Part shown: positions 38,574 to 48,650 of the stretch, piece by piece
How the letters are laid out: every line of letters starts with the position of its first letter
Position numbering within the stretch: position 1 is the first letter of the stretch
DNA from: Candidatus Bathyarchaeum tardum
GTDB lineage: Archaea; Thermoproteota; Bathyarchaeia; Bathyarchaeales; Bathyarchaeaceae
Assembly (NCBI GenBank): GCA_024650005.2
Contig: CP122380.1
Span: 1,440,001 to 1,504,000 of the forward strand
Reading direction: 5' to 3'
Length of the DNA: 64,000 nucleotides
Program-made: the position numbers and the translations under genes
The notes under the pieces: model-generated
What the model was told of the DNA's origin: nothing
Seen by the model: the letters and a program-made list of their open reading frames with translations, nothing else
The model's database searches: none

Positions 38574-39889
38574 TGAACAGTGCCTCCAGTAGTTGAGACT
38601 TTACGCAGAGCATCATCAATAGCATCTACAGTCTGTTCCAAGTCTTCTTGGCTGTGAGCAGTAGACAAGAAACAGGTTTCAAACTGGGACGGAGGAATAA
38701 ACACTCCTTGATTCAAGAGTTCATGGAAATATACTGAAAACTTTTGGATATCAGATGCTTTGGCGCTGTTGTAATCTGTAACTGGGGTAGTAGAAAAGAA
38801 AATCTGAAACATAGATGCAATGTTTTTTACTTGAGCAGGTATGTGATAGTGTGAAGCTAGTTCAGTAATGGCATTTGATAATTGTTGGCAGTTGCGTTCA
38901 AGTTTAGGATATATTTCATCCTTGTTTTTCTGTAAAGTTTGAAGAACAGCGTAACCTGCAGCCACAGAAACAGGGTTGCCGCTGAAGGTGCCTGCTTGAT
39001 ACACCTTGCCCACAGGAGAAAGGTTTTGCATTATGTCTTTTCTTCCACCAAAGGCGGCTATTGGAAATCCACCCCCAAGTATCTTGCCTAAAGTAGTAAT
39101 ATCAGGGTGTATTTCGAAACGTTCTTGGGCGCCTCCTAGGGCAAGCCGAAAACCTGTGATGACCTCATCAAATATCAAAAGAACCCCATAAGCTTGAGTT
39201 AAACGCCGAATCTTGTTTAGATAATCATTGCTTGGCAGTATGAGACCAGCATTTCCAATCACGGGTTCAACGATAACTGCTGCAATTTCATAGCTTTGCC
39301 GTTTAATGGTTTCTTCCAAAACAGGATAGTTGTTGTAGGGCATAACGATAGTGTTTTGAGCAGTTTCTTTAGGAATTCCAAGAGAATCTGGAGTTCCAAA
39401 AGAAGTTGCACCTGAACCTGCTTTTACCAAAACGTAATCATGTGCTCCATGATAGCAACCCTCAAATTTTATGATTTTTTGTTTTCCAGTAAAGCCTCTA
39501 GCAAGGCGTATTGCATGCATCGTAGCTTCAGTGCCGGAGTTTACAAGGCGTATCATTTCCATGCTTGGATACAGTTCGTTAATAAGTTGGACAAAGTTGA
39601 GTTCAATTTCTGTTGGAACCCCATACAGAGTACCTCTTGGCAGTTGCTGTTGTACTGCGTTTAGTATTCCTTCAAAGGCGTGACCAAGAATTAAAGGTCC
39701 ATAACCCAAACAGTAGTCCAGATATGCTTTGTCATCCACACTGTACAACTTTGAGGCTTTAGCCTGTTTAACAAAGAAGGGATACGGTTTGAACGCTCTA
39801 ACAGGACTGTTTACGCCCCCAGGTAAAATGGTTCGAGATTTGTCAAAGAGACGTTCTGAATTGGTTTTACTTACTGCTGGTTGAGCCAT
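38570..39889 (-). CDS. hemL: Glutamate-1-semialdehyde 2,1-aminomutase
   Basis: PGGVNSPVRAF, NSGTEAT, FDEVITGFR, GKILGGG. Confidence 0.96.
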   Translation of the reverse strand: MAQPAVSKTNSERLFDKSRTILPGGVNSPVRAFKPYPFFVKQAKASKLYSVDDKAYLDYCLGYGPLILGHAFEGILNAVQQQLPRGTLYGVPTEIELNFVQLINELYPSMEMIRLVNSGTEATMHAIRLARGFTGKQKIIKFEGCYHGAHDYVLVKAGSGATSFGTPDSLGIPKETAQNTIVMPYNNYPVLEETIKRQSYEIAAVIVEPVIGNAGLILPSNDYLNKIRRLTQAYGVLLIFDEVITGFRLALGGAQERFEIHPDITTLGKILGGGFPIAAFGGRKDIMQNLSPVGKVYQAGTFSGNPVSVAAGYAVLQTLQKNKDEIYPKLERNCQQLSNAITELASHYHIPAQVKNIASMFQIFFSTTPVTDYNSAKASDIQKFSVYFHELLNQGVFIPPSQFETCFLSTAHSQEDLEQTVDAIDDALRKVSTTGGTVH

Positions 39890-40854
39890 GATTCAACATC
39901 CTTAGCAAAATATGTGATAATAATGTCTGCACCTGCCCTTTTGATTCCAGTTAACATCTCTAGACCAGCAGCTTTTTCATCAATCCATCCGTTCTGGGAG
40001 GCAGTTTTAATCATAGCATATTCTCCGCTTACGCTGTATGCAGCTATGGGTAAACTAAAGTTGGATTTTGCCATACTAATGATATCCAAGTAAGCCATTG
40101 CAGGTTTGACCATCAAAATGTCTGCACCTTCGTTTGCGTCTAATTCCATTTCACGCAAAGCCTCATCAGAACCCTTGGCGTAGCTCATTTGGTAACATTT
40201 TCGGTTTCCAAAACTTGGGGCAGAATCCACAGCTTCCCTAAAGGGACCATAAAAACTAGACGCATACTTTGCGGAATACGCCATTATCCCAACATTACCA
40301 AAGCCAGAGTCATCTAACGCTTGGCGAATAAACATCACTTGACCGTCCATCATGCTAGATGGAGCAACAATGTCTGCTCCTGCTTCTGCGTGGCTAACAG
40401 CCATTTTCTGCAATAATTCTAAAGTAGAATCATTTAGTATCTGGTTGTTTTTTACAATTCCACAGTGCCCATGATTTGTATATTCACAAAGACAAACATC
40501 AGTCATAACAACCAGTTCATCACCAAATTCAGTTTTCAGGTTATGGACTGCTTTTTGAACAATCCCAGATTTATTAAAAGCTTCAGAGCCTTTTTCGTCT
40601 CTTGTTTTGGGCACCCCAAAAAGAAGAACAGAATTAACACCATTCTCTAGAATTTGTCTGGCTTCATCAATTACATGATCAAGAGGCAATCTACAACATC
40701 CAGACATACAAGAAAGAGGAACAGATGACTTGGCGTTTTCGTCAATAAACAAAGGCTGAACCAGATTACTAGGATGAATCCTAACAGTAGTAGTTAAAGC
40801 CCGCAAAGCAGGAGTCCGACGCAGTCGCCTCATTCGAATTGATGGAAAAGCCAC
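39871..40854 (-). CDS. hemB: Porphobilinogen synthase
   Basis: RMRRLR, DVCLCEYTNHGHCG, SSFYGPFREA, MVKPA. Confidence 0.96.
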   Translation of the reverse strand: MAFPSIRMRRLRRTPALRALTTTVRIHPSNLVQPLFIDENAKSSVPLSCMSGCCRLPLDHVIDEARQILENGVNSVLLFGVPKTRDEKGSEAFNKSGIVQKAVHNLKTEFGDELVVMTDVCLCEYTNHGHCGIVKNNQILNDSTLELLQKMAVSHAEAGADIVAPSSMMDGQVMFIRQALDDSGFGNVGIMAYSAKYASSFYGPFREAVDSAPSFGNRKCYQMSYAKGSDEALREMELDANEGADILMVKPAMAYLDIISMAKSNFSLPIAAYSVSGEYAMIKTASQNGWIDEKAAGLEMLTGIKRAGADIIITYFAKDVESWLNQQ

Positions 40855-40856
40855 AC

Positions 40857-41531
40857 TTAACCCTCCGTATGATTAGTAGTTGGTTCTTGAAAGCTTTTTG
40901 TAATATCTAATGCAAATTGTTTTGCTTGGTCCATATCACCTTTTTTCAACATTTTTTGTATGTGAGTGTCTTGAAGAATTTCGGTCATGACAATTTTTCT
41001 GATTTTTTGGTCAGGGATCATCTGTTTTAGCTCACCCCTTACATATTCTTGTAACTTGATTTGAAGCAAATCTTGTTTAGTTATCATTTTTTCAATTCGT
41101 TGCCGTAGAACTCGAGCCATTGAAGGACTTTTGCCACTTGTAGATACAGCAATTCTTACGTCATCTATTTTTGCTAATGCAGGAAGCATAAAATCACTAA
41201 TTTTGGTATTATCCACGGCATAAACCATGGACCCTGCAGTTTTAGCACGTTTAACGAGCTGTGCATTGAGTTCATGGTCATTTGTTACAGCAACCAAAAC
41301 ATCAGGCACCTGTTTGAAACTGCCAATAAATGAGTTGGCATCTTTGATGTTTTTTTGGCATAATTCGATTTTTTTTAGTTCATGTAAGTTATGAATTTCA
41401 TCCAGAAAATTCTGGCTTACAACCAAGATTTTTGATCCTGCATCTAAAAAACTCATGATTTTTCGGTGGGCTTCAGGTCCGCCACCAACGATAACAACTT
41501 GTTTGTTTTTTAGGTCAAGATCTAAAATCAA
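40857..41531 (-). CDS. sirC: Precorrin-2 dehydrogenase (SirC/CysG N-terminal)
   Basis: VIVGGG, VDN...DF, AVSTSGKSP. Confidence 0.9.
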   Translation of the reverse strand: MILDLDLKNKQVVIVGGGPEAHRKIMSFLDAGSKILVVSQNFLDEIHNLHELKKIELCQKNIKDANSFIGSFKQVPDVLVAVTNDHELNAQLVKRAKTAGSMVYAVDNTKISDFMLPALAKIDDVRIAVSTSGKSPSMARVLRQRIEKMITKQDLLQIKLQEYVRGELKQMIPDQKIRKIVMTEILQDTHIQKMLKKGDMDQAKQFALDITKSFQEPTTNHTEG

Positions 41532-41533
41532 GT

Positions 41534-43093
41534 TCAGTTTGCATCTCCAGTTGTTTCATCGAGGGCAAAGCCAGTATCAAGTAATTGTTTAAACTTCTTC
41601 AAAACTGTTTCATAACTAACCGAAGACCGTACAGGAGGAGCAGCAAGGCGTATCAGGGCATCTAAATCTAAAGATTCCTCGATATTTTTGATTGCTTGCT
41701 CGCCAAATTCTTTGTAATCTATTTCAATTTCAGGAATTGCTCCCCGTCCTTCCAGTTGTATTTTTGGAATTATTCCAATTAATACAACACCAACATTGTT
41801 GAAAGCAGATTCTACAGAGTCTCGGATTTTGGGAGTAAAATAGCTCGTGTGAACCTTGTTTAAGATAATGCCCACTACTTTGATTCCAAGTGTTTTCAAC
41901 AGATTAACATAACTTAATCCAATTACTGTTGCACCTTCAACCCCTGCCTTGTCACAGGCAACAACTACAACAGTTGGAACACCCAAAGCAACAGCAATTT
42001 CCGCTGTTGTCGCAGGGCGCTTCACAGTTTCATTCAAGAACCCAGTGAAAGGTCCCATGGCACCTTCAATTACAAGAAAATCATAGTCTTTGCTTGCGTT
42101 GTTTACAGCTTCAAAAATTGGGGTCCACCCACTGTTTGCTAAACGCAACGAAGAATAGGGTTTCATAGATTCTTTAATTAAATACAACGCCGGAACAATG
42201 TCTCGTATGTCTCCTCCTATTTTCAGCAAACCTAAGTTTATTCCACGTTTCTTTAAAGCCCCAGCAACGCCAGTAACAATGAAAGTTTTACCGGATCCAC
42301 TGCCAGTCGCAGTGGTAAACAAAATAACAGGAACTAGGGAAGGCTTTGGATACTTTTTTTCAGGCTGCAGGTTGATTGAAACTCCGATTTCGTTCTTCAC
42401 CTTTTGCACCAACAATGAATTGGCAGTTTTTATTTTTTGCAAGTCTTTAGGTGATATATCTAACGATTTTATGATACTTTGAACAATAACAGGGTTTTCA
42501 TCCAACAAACCATGAGTTAAAATTCCAACCACGTTGCCTTCTTTGTTACTGAAGCCTGAAACAAAATCCTGCGGATTACTACGGTAATTAAAACGCTGAA
42601 TACGAGAAACAATTATCGGTCGTGCTTGTTTACCAGGAACGATTTTACCGTATGTGTGACAATGAAAACCAGTAACTGTTTCCCCGGGGGGGTTAGTTAT
42701 GAAACTTTTTCCAATAATTGTAGCCTTGACGCGGTCAGTGCATATCAAGGGTTGAAATTGTACATCTAACAATCCAAGCCCTTTTCGCATAATTGGCGTA
42801 GGAGATAGTCTCCCAATGTCGGTTGCGTTCGAAAGTATCTGAAAACCTGAACAAATTCCCAGAACAAACTTGCCAGCATCAGCCATTTTAATTATTTCTT
42901 TTTGTATGTTAGTGTTTATGCTTTGGGATTCAACCAAACTGCCGCCGGGAACGATCATCATATCCAGAACGTCGGATGCAGGTTTACCATCAACTAAGGC
43001 ATCTTCCTGAACTAGATCTGTTGGCAGGTTTCCGAAGCTTTCAAAGCAAGGTAATGCCCCAGAAACATATACTAATCCAATTCGGTGCCCCAA
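41534..43093 (-). CDS. CobB/CobQ-like amidotransferase with N-terminal GATase and C-terminal P-loop domain
   Basis: PGGS, GICSGFQ, GFHCH, THG, then TGSGSGKT and VIEGAMG; TTG 43093 preceded by AGGTGA RBS. Confidence 0.8.
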   Translation of the reverse strand: MGHRIGLVYVSGALPCFESFGNLPTDLVQEDALVDGKPASDVLDMMIVPGGSLVESQSINTNIQKEIIKMADAGKFVLGICSGFQILSNATDIGRLSPTPIMRKGLGLLDVQFQPLICTDRVKATIIGKSFITNPPGETVTGFHCHTYGKIVPGKQARPIIVSRIQRFNYRSNPQDFVSGFSNKEGNVVGILTHGLLDENPVIVQSIIKSLDISPKDLQKIKTANSLLVQKVKNEIGVSINLQPEKKYPKPSLVPVILFTTATGSGSGKTFIVTGVAGALKKRGINLGLLKIGGDIRDIVPALYLIKESMKPYSSLRLANSGWTPIFEAVNNASKDYDFLVIEGAMGPFTGFLNETVKRPATTAEIAVALGVPTVVVVACDKAGVEGATVIGLSYVNLLKTLGIKVVGIILNKVHTSYFTPKIRDSVESAFNNVGVVLIGIIPKIQLEGRGAIPEIEIDYKEFGEQAIKNIEESLDLDALIRLAAPPVRSSVSYETVLKKFKQLLDTGFALDETTGDAN

Positions 43094-43145
43094 ATTTATC
43101 ACCTGTTGTGTACAGGCGAAAAGTATGCGAACTCTTATATTTAAG

Positions 43146-43162
43146 TTGGAAGGAGTATCCAT
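43146..43162. promoter_or_regulatory. Putative operator, copy 1 (TTGGAAGGAGTATCCAT)
   Basis: 13/17 match to the 60791 copy; abuts the bidirectional TATA at 43134-43145. Confidence 0.65.
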
Positions 43163-43164
43163 CC

Positions 43165-45525
43165 ATGGAAGCATCTGCTGGTAACAGCCACATAATGAAC
43201 ATAAGAATCACACATCAAAAATCAGGCATCAACTTAATTGAAACTGCCGCAGTCAAAGACCTACAAAACGCTCTAAAACAATTTCATGCCAATGATGAGA
43301 TTGATGAATGTGTAATACTTCAAACTTGCAACCGCACAGAAGCATACGTGGTCAGTAAAGAGCCAGAAAAGGCATCAGAGAAACTTAAAGAACATTTACT
43401 AAACAGATGCAAAACAAAATCAGCAGAAACAAAAAGCGCAATTGAAATTTGTTCAAACCAGGACGCTCTCAAACATCTTCTCCGAGTTAGTTCAGGACTA
43501 GAATCAATGGTCATAGGGGAAGACCAAATCTTAGGTCAAGTATGGGATGCTTACAGAGTAGCAAAGTCTGCAAAAACTGTTGGTCCTGTACTAAAAACTG
43601 TGTTTACTCGAGCAGTTAGTGTTGGAAGGCGAGTAAGAAATGAAACAAAAATCAACCGAGGGGCAGTGTCAGTAGGTTCTGTTGCTGTTGAGTTAGCAGA
43701 AACGCTGTTAGGAAACCTGTGCGGGAAAACAGTTCTAATCATGGGAGCAGGAGAAACAGGAACTCTCGTAGCCAAAGCATTAGCAACACGCTGTCCTAAT
43801 GCAATTTTCATTGCTAACCGAACATATGAACGGGCAGTAAAACTTGCAGATGAGCTTCAGGGTAAAGCTGTGAAATTTGACAAACTAGAAGATGTTCTTA
43901 AAGACGCCGATGTTATAATTTGTTCTACTTCTGCACCTCATTATCTTTTGAAAAAAGAGCCAGTTTCCAAAATCATGGAACAGAGAGTTAACAGAAAAGG
44001 GTTAATGATTATCGATATTTCCAACCCCAGAAATGTCGAAAGGTCAGTTCAAGAAATTGATGGGGTAAACCTGTACAATATTGATGATCTTCGAGAAATA
44101 GCAGACAGAAATAAAGATAAACGAGCAGAAAAAGCAGAAAAGGCTTCAAAAATCGTTGATGAATCGTTGTTTTTGCTTGAACAAGATCTGAAAGCCCAGT
44201 CTGTAAGTGATATAGTTGCTTTCCTGTTTGCGCATGCTGAAGAAATTCGCCAAAAAGAGTTGACAAAAGCACAATCCATGTTGGGCAATCTGGATCCGAA
44301 AAAGAAGGGGGTTATTGACAGCTTAACTTTTGAAATAGTTGAACAAACGTTGGTTCCCATCGTAGCTAAACTACGCAATGCAGCAGTCAACGGGGACAAA
44401 CAGATGATAGATGCTGCAACTGAATTATTCAAATTAAAAAACAAAAACAAGAGTGGAAAAAAATTGGAAAAAACAGCCTTGATTCTTATTGGACATGGCA
44501 GCAAGCTTCCACACAACAGGGAAACATTAGATAAACTGGCAGAACAGATTAGGAACCATTCAAAGGTTGACACAGTGGAAATTGCGTTCATGGTGAGAAA
44601 CAAGCCAACAATTCCAGAAACACTAGAGAGTGCCGTAAAAAATGGTGCTAAAAAAATTGTAATGATTCCAGCATTCATTGCTCACGGGGTTCATACAAAG
44701 GATGAAATTCCTGAGATAATTAAAACAAAACAGGAAGAGTTGGGGTTAAAGGCAAAAGGGGTTGAAGTAATATACGGAGAACCTTTGGGAGCAGACGAAA
44801 GAATAGTTGAAATAATTGAGGACAAAGCCCTGACTCTACTGGGTCAAGAAAGCAATGATGTTAAAAAAGTCCAAGAAGCCCGTAATTTGAAGGCTTCAAC
44901 TAAAATGTATAACACCAGCATAAAGATACTCAGACCTTTCATTAAAGACATTATAGAAAAAGCTCCAGAAACAGATATACCAATAATTGAGCGTGTGGTT
45001 CATACTACTGCAGATCCAGAATTTGCCAAGCTTTTGGTTATCAACAAAAACGCGGTAAAAAATGGGGTTGCAGCCATCAAAGCGGGGGCAAAAATTGTTA
45101 CAGACGTAAAAATGGTTCAGGCGGGAATTAACAAGACTCGAATCAAACGGTTTGGGGGACAGATTCTTACGTATGTAGATGATAGACGTGCCATAGAACT
45201 GGCAAAACAAGAATCAATTACAAGGTCTGCCGCTGCAATGCAGTTAGCAGTGAAAGATGGTTTAGATAACTCGATTGTTGTTATTGGGAATGCGCCAACT
45301 GCAGCTTTTGAAATTGCAAAAGCAGTTAAACAGGGTTTAACTAAACCTGCACTGATTATCGCAACTCCAGTAGGCTATGTAGAGGCAGCAGAATCAAAGG
45401 AAGAAATTGCAACTTTATCGGTACCCTTTATCATAATTAAAGGACCTAAAGGCGGAAGCGCTTTGGCAGTAGCAATTTTTAACGCAATTCTTGGAATGGC
45501 AGAAACAGATGGAAACGTCGCTTAG
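43165..45525 (+). CDS. hemA: Fusion: glutamyl-tRNA reductase + sirohydrochlorin cobaltochelatase CbiX + precorrin-8X methylmutase CbiC (786 aa)
   Basis: TCNRTE, SGLESMVIGEDQI, GAGETG; then LIGHGS...AHGVHTKDEIP; then RVVHTTADPEF, IGNAPTA, KGGSALA; AGGAG RBS before ATG 43165. Confidence 0.9.
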   Translation: MEASAGNSHIMNIRITHQKSGINLIETAAVKDLQNALKQFHANDEIDECVILQTCNRTEAYVVSKEPEKASEKLKEHLLNRCKTKSAETKSAIEICSNQDALKHLLRVSSGLESMVIGEDQILGQVWDAYRVAKSAKTVGPVLKTVFTRAVSVGRRVRNETKINRGAVSVGSVAVELAETLLGNLCGKTVLIMGAGETGTLVAKALATRCPNAIFIANRTYERAVKLADELQGKAVKFDKLEDVLKDADVIICSTSAPHYLLKKEPVSKIMEQRVNRKGLMIIDISNPRNVERSVQEIDGVNLYNIDDLREIADRNKDKRAEKAEKASKIVDESLFLLEQDLKAQSVSDIVAFLFAHAEEIRQKELTKAQSMLGNLDPKKKGVIDSLTFEIVEQTLVPIVAKLRNAAVNGDKQMIDAATELFKLKNKNKSGKKLEKTALILIGHGSKLPHNRETLDKLAEQIRNHSKVDTVEIAFMVRNKPTIPETLESAVKNGAKKIVMIPAFIAHGVHTKDEIPEIIKTKQEELGLKAKGVEVIYGEPLGADERIVEIIEDKALTLLGQESNDVKKVQEARNLKASTKMYNTSIKILRPFIKDIIEKAPETDIPIIERVVHTTADPEFAKLLVINKNAVKNGVAAIKAGAKIVTDVKMVQAGINKTRIKRFGGQILTYVDDRRAIELAKQESITRSAAAMQLAVKDGLDNSIVVIGNAPTAAFEIAKAVKQGLTKPALIIATPVGYVEAAESKEEIATLSVPFIIIKGPKGGSALAVAIFNAILGMAETDGNVA

Positions 45526-45544
45526 AACTAAAAAAGGGTTTGTT

Positions 45545-46630
45545 ATGCGAAGAGTTCTAAAATACGGCAACACAACTGGAGCATATGCTACAGCTGTTGC
45601 AAAAGCTGCCGTAATTACTTTGCTGGATAAACCCGTAGACCATGTAGGAATACCTAGCCCGTTAGGTATTCGTTTTGAAATTTTGGTTAAAGACTGCAAA
45701 AAAATCAATGATGACACCTCCATAGCATGTGCAATAAAGGATGCTGGAGAAGACATAGATGCAACAGATAAAATCGAAATTTTCGCTAAAGTGAAATTAA
45801 CAGATAACGGCAAGATTACCATTTCAGGTGGCAAAGGGATTGGTGTTGTAACCAAAGAGGGGTTACCAATTCCGATCGGAGAAGCTGCAATCAATCCTAC
45901 TCCACGGAAAATGATAAAACAAGCTATCTGGGAAGTTTTGCCAAAAAATAAAGGAGCAGAAGTAACCATATATGTTCCCGAAGGGGAAACAGTTGCTAAG
46001 AAAACTCAAAACGCAAAACTAGGAATCATAGGTGGAATATCGATTCTTGGCACAACAGGAGTGGTTAGACCCTTATCCAGTATGGCATACAAAAGTTCTC
46101 TTGTTCCTTCCCTTGAGGTTGCCCTTGCCCAAAAATATGAACAGATTTTTTTGGTTCCAGGAAACATTGGAGAAAAGCTTGCAAAGAAAGTGTTTGCAGT
46201 TCCTGAAGACGGCATAGTTCAAACTGGAGACTTTATGGGATACATGTTGGAAAAAGCCGTTGAAAAAGGGGCAAAAAAGATAGTTATTTTTGGACACCCC
46301 GGAAAATTAGTTAAACTGGCTGCAGGGATATTTAATACTCATCACAAAATGGGGGACGCCCGAATGGAAGTCATAGCAGCTTATGCAGGAGCTTCGGGTG
46401 CAGAAACAAATCTTATCCAAAAAATTGTTCAGGCTAACACAACTGAAGAAGCCGTAAAGTTTCTAGAACCAGCCAAACTGGTTCAACAAACTTTTGATCA
46501 AATTGCTGAACAAGTTTACATACGGGCAGTAGAAAAGACAGAAAACAAAGCAGAAATCAAAGTAATTATGGTATCCATGAATGGAACTATTCTGGGAACA
46601 AGCAAAAACGCTAGGAGCATGATAAAATGA
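45545..46630 (+). CDS. cbiD: Cobalt-precorrin-5B C1-methyltransferase
   Basis: YGNTTG, KDAGEDIDAT, AINPTPR, LGIIGGISILGTTG, GHPGKLVKLAAG. Confidence 0.95.
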   Translation: MRRVLKYGNTTGAYATAVAKAAVITLLDKPVDHVGIPSPLGIRFEILVKDCKKINDDTSIACAIKDAGEDIDATDKIEIFAKVKLTDNGKITISGGKGIGVVTKEGLPIPIGEAAINPTPRKMIKQAIWEVLPKNKGAEVTIYVPEGETVAKKTQNAKLGIIGGISILGTTGVVRPLSSMAYKSSLVPSLEVALAQKYEQIFLVPGNIGEKLAKKVFAVPEDGIVQTGDFMGYMLEKAVEKGAKKIVIFGHPGKLVKLAAGIFNTHHKMGDARMEVIAAYAGASGAETNLIQKIVQANTTEEAVKFLEPAKLVQQTFDQIAEQVYIRAVEKTENKAEIKVIMVSMNGTILGTSKNARSMIK

Positions 46631-47280
46631 GCAAACTCAAACTAGTAGGAATGGGACCAGGCTCACCAGAGTATATCACTCCAATAGCAAAAAAACTCGT
46701 AAAAAACGCCGAACTAGTGATAGGCACAAAACGGGCATTAGACTTATTTCAAGAGTATATCAAAGGCGAGACTCTTCTATTGACAGCAACAAACTTAAAA
46801 GAGGGACTTAAACAAGGAGTTGAATCTGCCCAAGAAGGAAAAAACGTTGTAATCCTCTCAACCGGTGACCCAGGTTTTTCGGGTTTGTTACGTTCTCTGG
46901 TTAAAGTGGCTGGAAAAGATGTTGACGTGGATGTTATTCCGGGTGTTAGTTCAATTCAGGTTTGTGCAGCGAGACTTCGAATGCGTTGGGATAGTGCTGA
47001 TTTGATTAGTTTTCATGCTGAAGTAACTAATGAGAAGAAAAACATGATGGTTGAAGCACTGAAAAAAGGTAAACCTGTTATGCTTCTTCCCGACCCAAAG
47101 ACCTTTAATCCATGTAATATTGCACAGTTTCTTATTAGACAGGGAATCTCAAAGGTAACTCCAGTGGGTATTTGTGAAAATTTAACCCTAGAAAATGAAA
47201 GGATTGTTGTTTCTACGTTGGGGGAAATTTTGGAACAACAGTTTGACATTATGTGTGTATTGGTTGTAGGAGCAAATTGA
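46627..47280 (+). CDS. cbiE: Cobalt-precorrin-7 C5-methyltransferase
   Basis: VGMGPG, STGDPGFSG, PGVSSIQ, ENLTLENERI. Confidence 0.92.
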   Translation: MSKLKLVGMGPGSPEYITPIAKKLVKNAELVIGTKRALDLFQEYIKGETLLLTATNLKEGLKQGVESAQEGKNVVILSTGDPGFSGLLRSLVKVAGKDVDVDVIPGVSSIQVCAARLRMRWDSADLISFHAEVTNEKKNMMVEALKKGKPVMLLPDPKTFNPCNIAQFLIRQGISKVTPVGICENLTLENERIVVSTLGEILEQQFDIMCVLVVGAN

Positions 47281-47303
47281 ACAAAAAGGAAGATACAGAA
47301 ATC

Positions 47304-47903
47304 ATGGTTAATGCAGTAAGTTACACAACGGGCATTCCAGATTCAGAGTTTATTCAAAACGACAAGGTTCCAGGTCCCACCAAAGAAGAAATTCGTGTAA
47401 TTTCCCTTTCTAAGGCAAAGTTGTTTGAAGGCGCTTACGTTATTGATGTTGGCTGTGGCACAGGGGGATTAACTGTTGAAGCAGCTCTGCAAGTTAAAGA
47501 GAAGGGCAGAGTTTTTGCATTAGACCAAAACAAGGAAGCTGTTGATTTAACAGAACAGAATGCGGCAAAGTTTGGGGTGCAAAACACAGTTGAGATAATT
47601 TGTGGGCAAGCGTTGGAAGCATTACCGAACTTGCCTCAGGTGGATGCAGTTTTCATTGGTGGCAGCAAGTCGTTAAGGGAAACGATACAGCTTGTTTACA
47701 AAAAACTAAAGGTGAAAGGCAAAGTTGTCGTAAATTCCATCCTGTTAGAAACGGCAGTTAATGCTGTTGATGAAATCAGGAAGGTTGGCTTCAAAGATGT
47801 TGACGTAGCCCAGATTTTTGTTGTTAAAGGAAAACAGGTTCCGTCAGGTACAATGATGTTAGCACGAAATCCAATCACAATAATTTCTGCAACTAAAAAA
47901 TAG
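47304..47903 (+). CDS. cbiT: Cobalt-precorrin-6B C15-methyltransferase
   Basis: GIPDSEF, PTKEEIR, DVGCGTG, ARNPI. Confidence 0.93.
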   Translation: MVNAVSYTTGIPDSEFIQNDKVPGPTKEEIRVISLSKAKLFEGAYVIDVGCGTGGLTVEAALQVKEKGRVFALDQNKEAVDLTEQNAAKFGVQNTVEIICGQALEALPNLPQVDAVFIGGSKSLRETIQLVYKKLKVKGKVVVNSILLETAVNAVDEIRKVGFKDVDVAQIFVVKGKQVPSGTMMLARNPITIISATKK

Positions 47904-48650
47904 GTGAAAAAAATGGTTCAAGGAAAATTTGTCGGTGTTGGTGTTGGTCCAGGTGATCCCGAACTGATTACTGTAAAGGCTGTAAAAGTTTTGAAAACTG
48001 CAGACATAATAAGCATTCCAAAGGCTCACGAGAATAAGCCAAGCATTGCATTATCTATAGTTAAGGACATATTAGAGGAAAGAAAAACTGCTCCTGAAGT
48101 TCTTGAGCTAGTTTTTCCAATGATAAGTGATAAAAAAGAACTCAAAGACGCATGGAGCGAAAACGCCAAAATCGTTGCCCAGAAAGCAAAAACGGGCAAA
48201 ACAATTGCCTTCATCACTTTGGGTGATCCTATGTTTTTTAGTACATTCATTTATCTTTGTCAAAGAATGAAAGAGGAATATCCCGAAGTCGAACTGGAAA
48301 TTATTCCAGGTGTTACTTCATTGACTGCTTGTGCTGCTGTTTCTAAGATACCCCTTGCAGAAAAAAGTGAAGTGGTGGCAATTATTCCATCCAGTGTAGA
48401 TTCAAACAGGATTGGAGAAATTGCCAAGCATGCAGACAGCCTAGTTTTGATGAAGGGAGCAAAACGGCTAAAGGAGCTTATTCCAGTTTTGGAGAAATCT
48501 GGTTTCAGCAAGAACTCTATTATTACAGTAATCAGGAGATGCACCATGCCTGACGAGAAGGTTATTGTTGGCACAGTAGATGATATTAAAAACTGGGATA
48601 TTCACGAAGATTATTTTTCGATTTCAATGATAAAGGGGAACAAAAAATGA
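47904..48650 (+). CDS. cbiL: Cobalt-precorrin-2 C20-methyltransferase
   Basis: GVGVGPGDPELITVKA, FPM, TLGDPMFFST, LMK. Confidence 0.93.
   Translation: MKKMVQGKFVGVGVGPGDPELITVKAVKVLKTADIISIPKAHENKPSIALSIVKDILEERKTAPEVLELVFPMISDKKELKDAWSENAKIVAQKAKTGKTIAFITLGDPMFFSTFIYLCQRMKEEYPEVELEIIPGVTSLTACAAVSKIPLAEKSEVVAIIPSSVDSNRIGEIAKHADSLVLMKGAKRLKELIPVLEKSGFSKNSIITVIRRCTMPDEKVIVGTVDDIKNWDIHEDYFSISMIKGNKK

Noticed and set aside
42976-43174. Overlapping N-terminal extensions of hemA and the cobB-like gene in the ORF track
   Set aside because: RBS-supported starts at 43165 (+) and 43093 (-) leave a clean divergent promoter.
44049-44678. Long antisense ORFs in the cobalamin cluster (also 45415..45969 and 50594..51178)
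   Set aside because: Shadow frames of well-supported genes with no motifs of their own.
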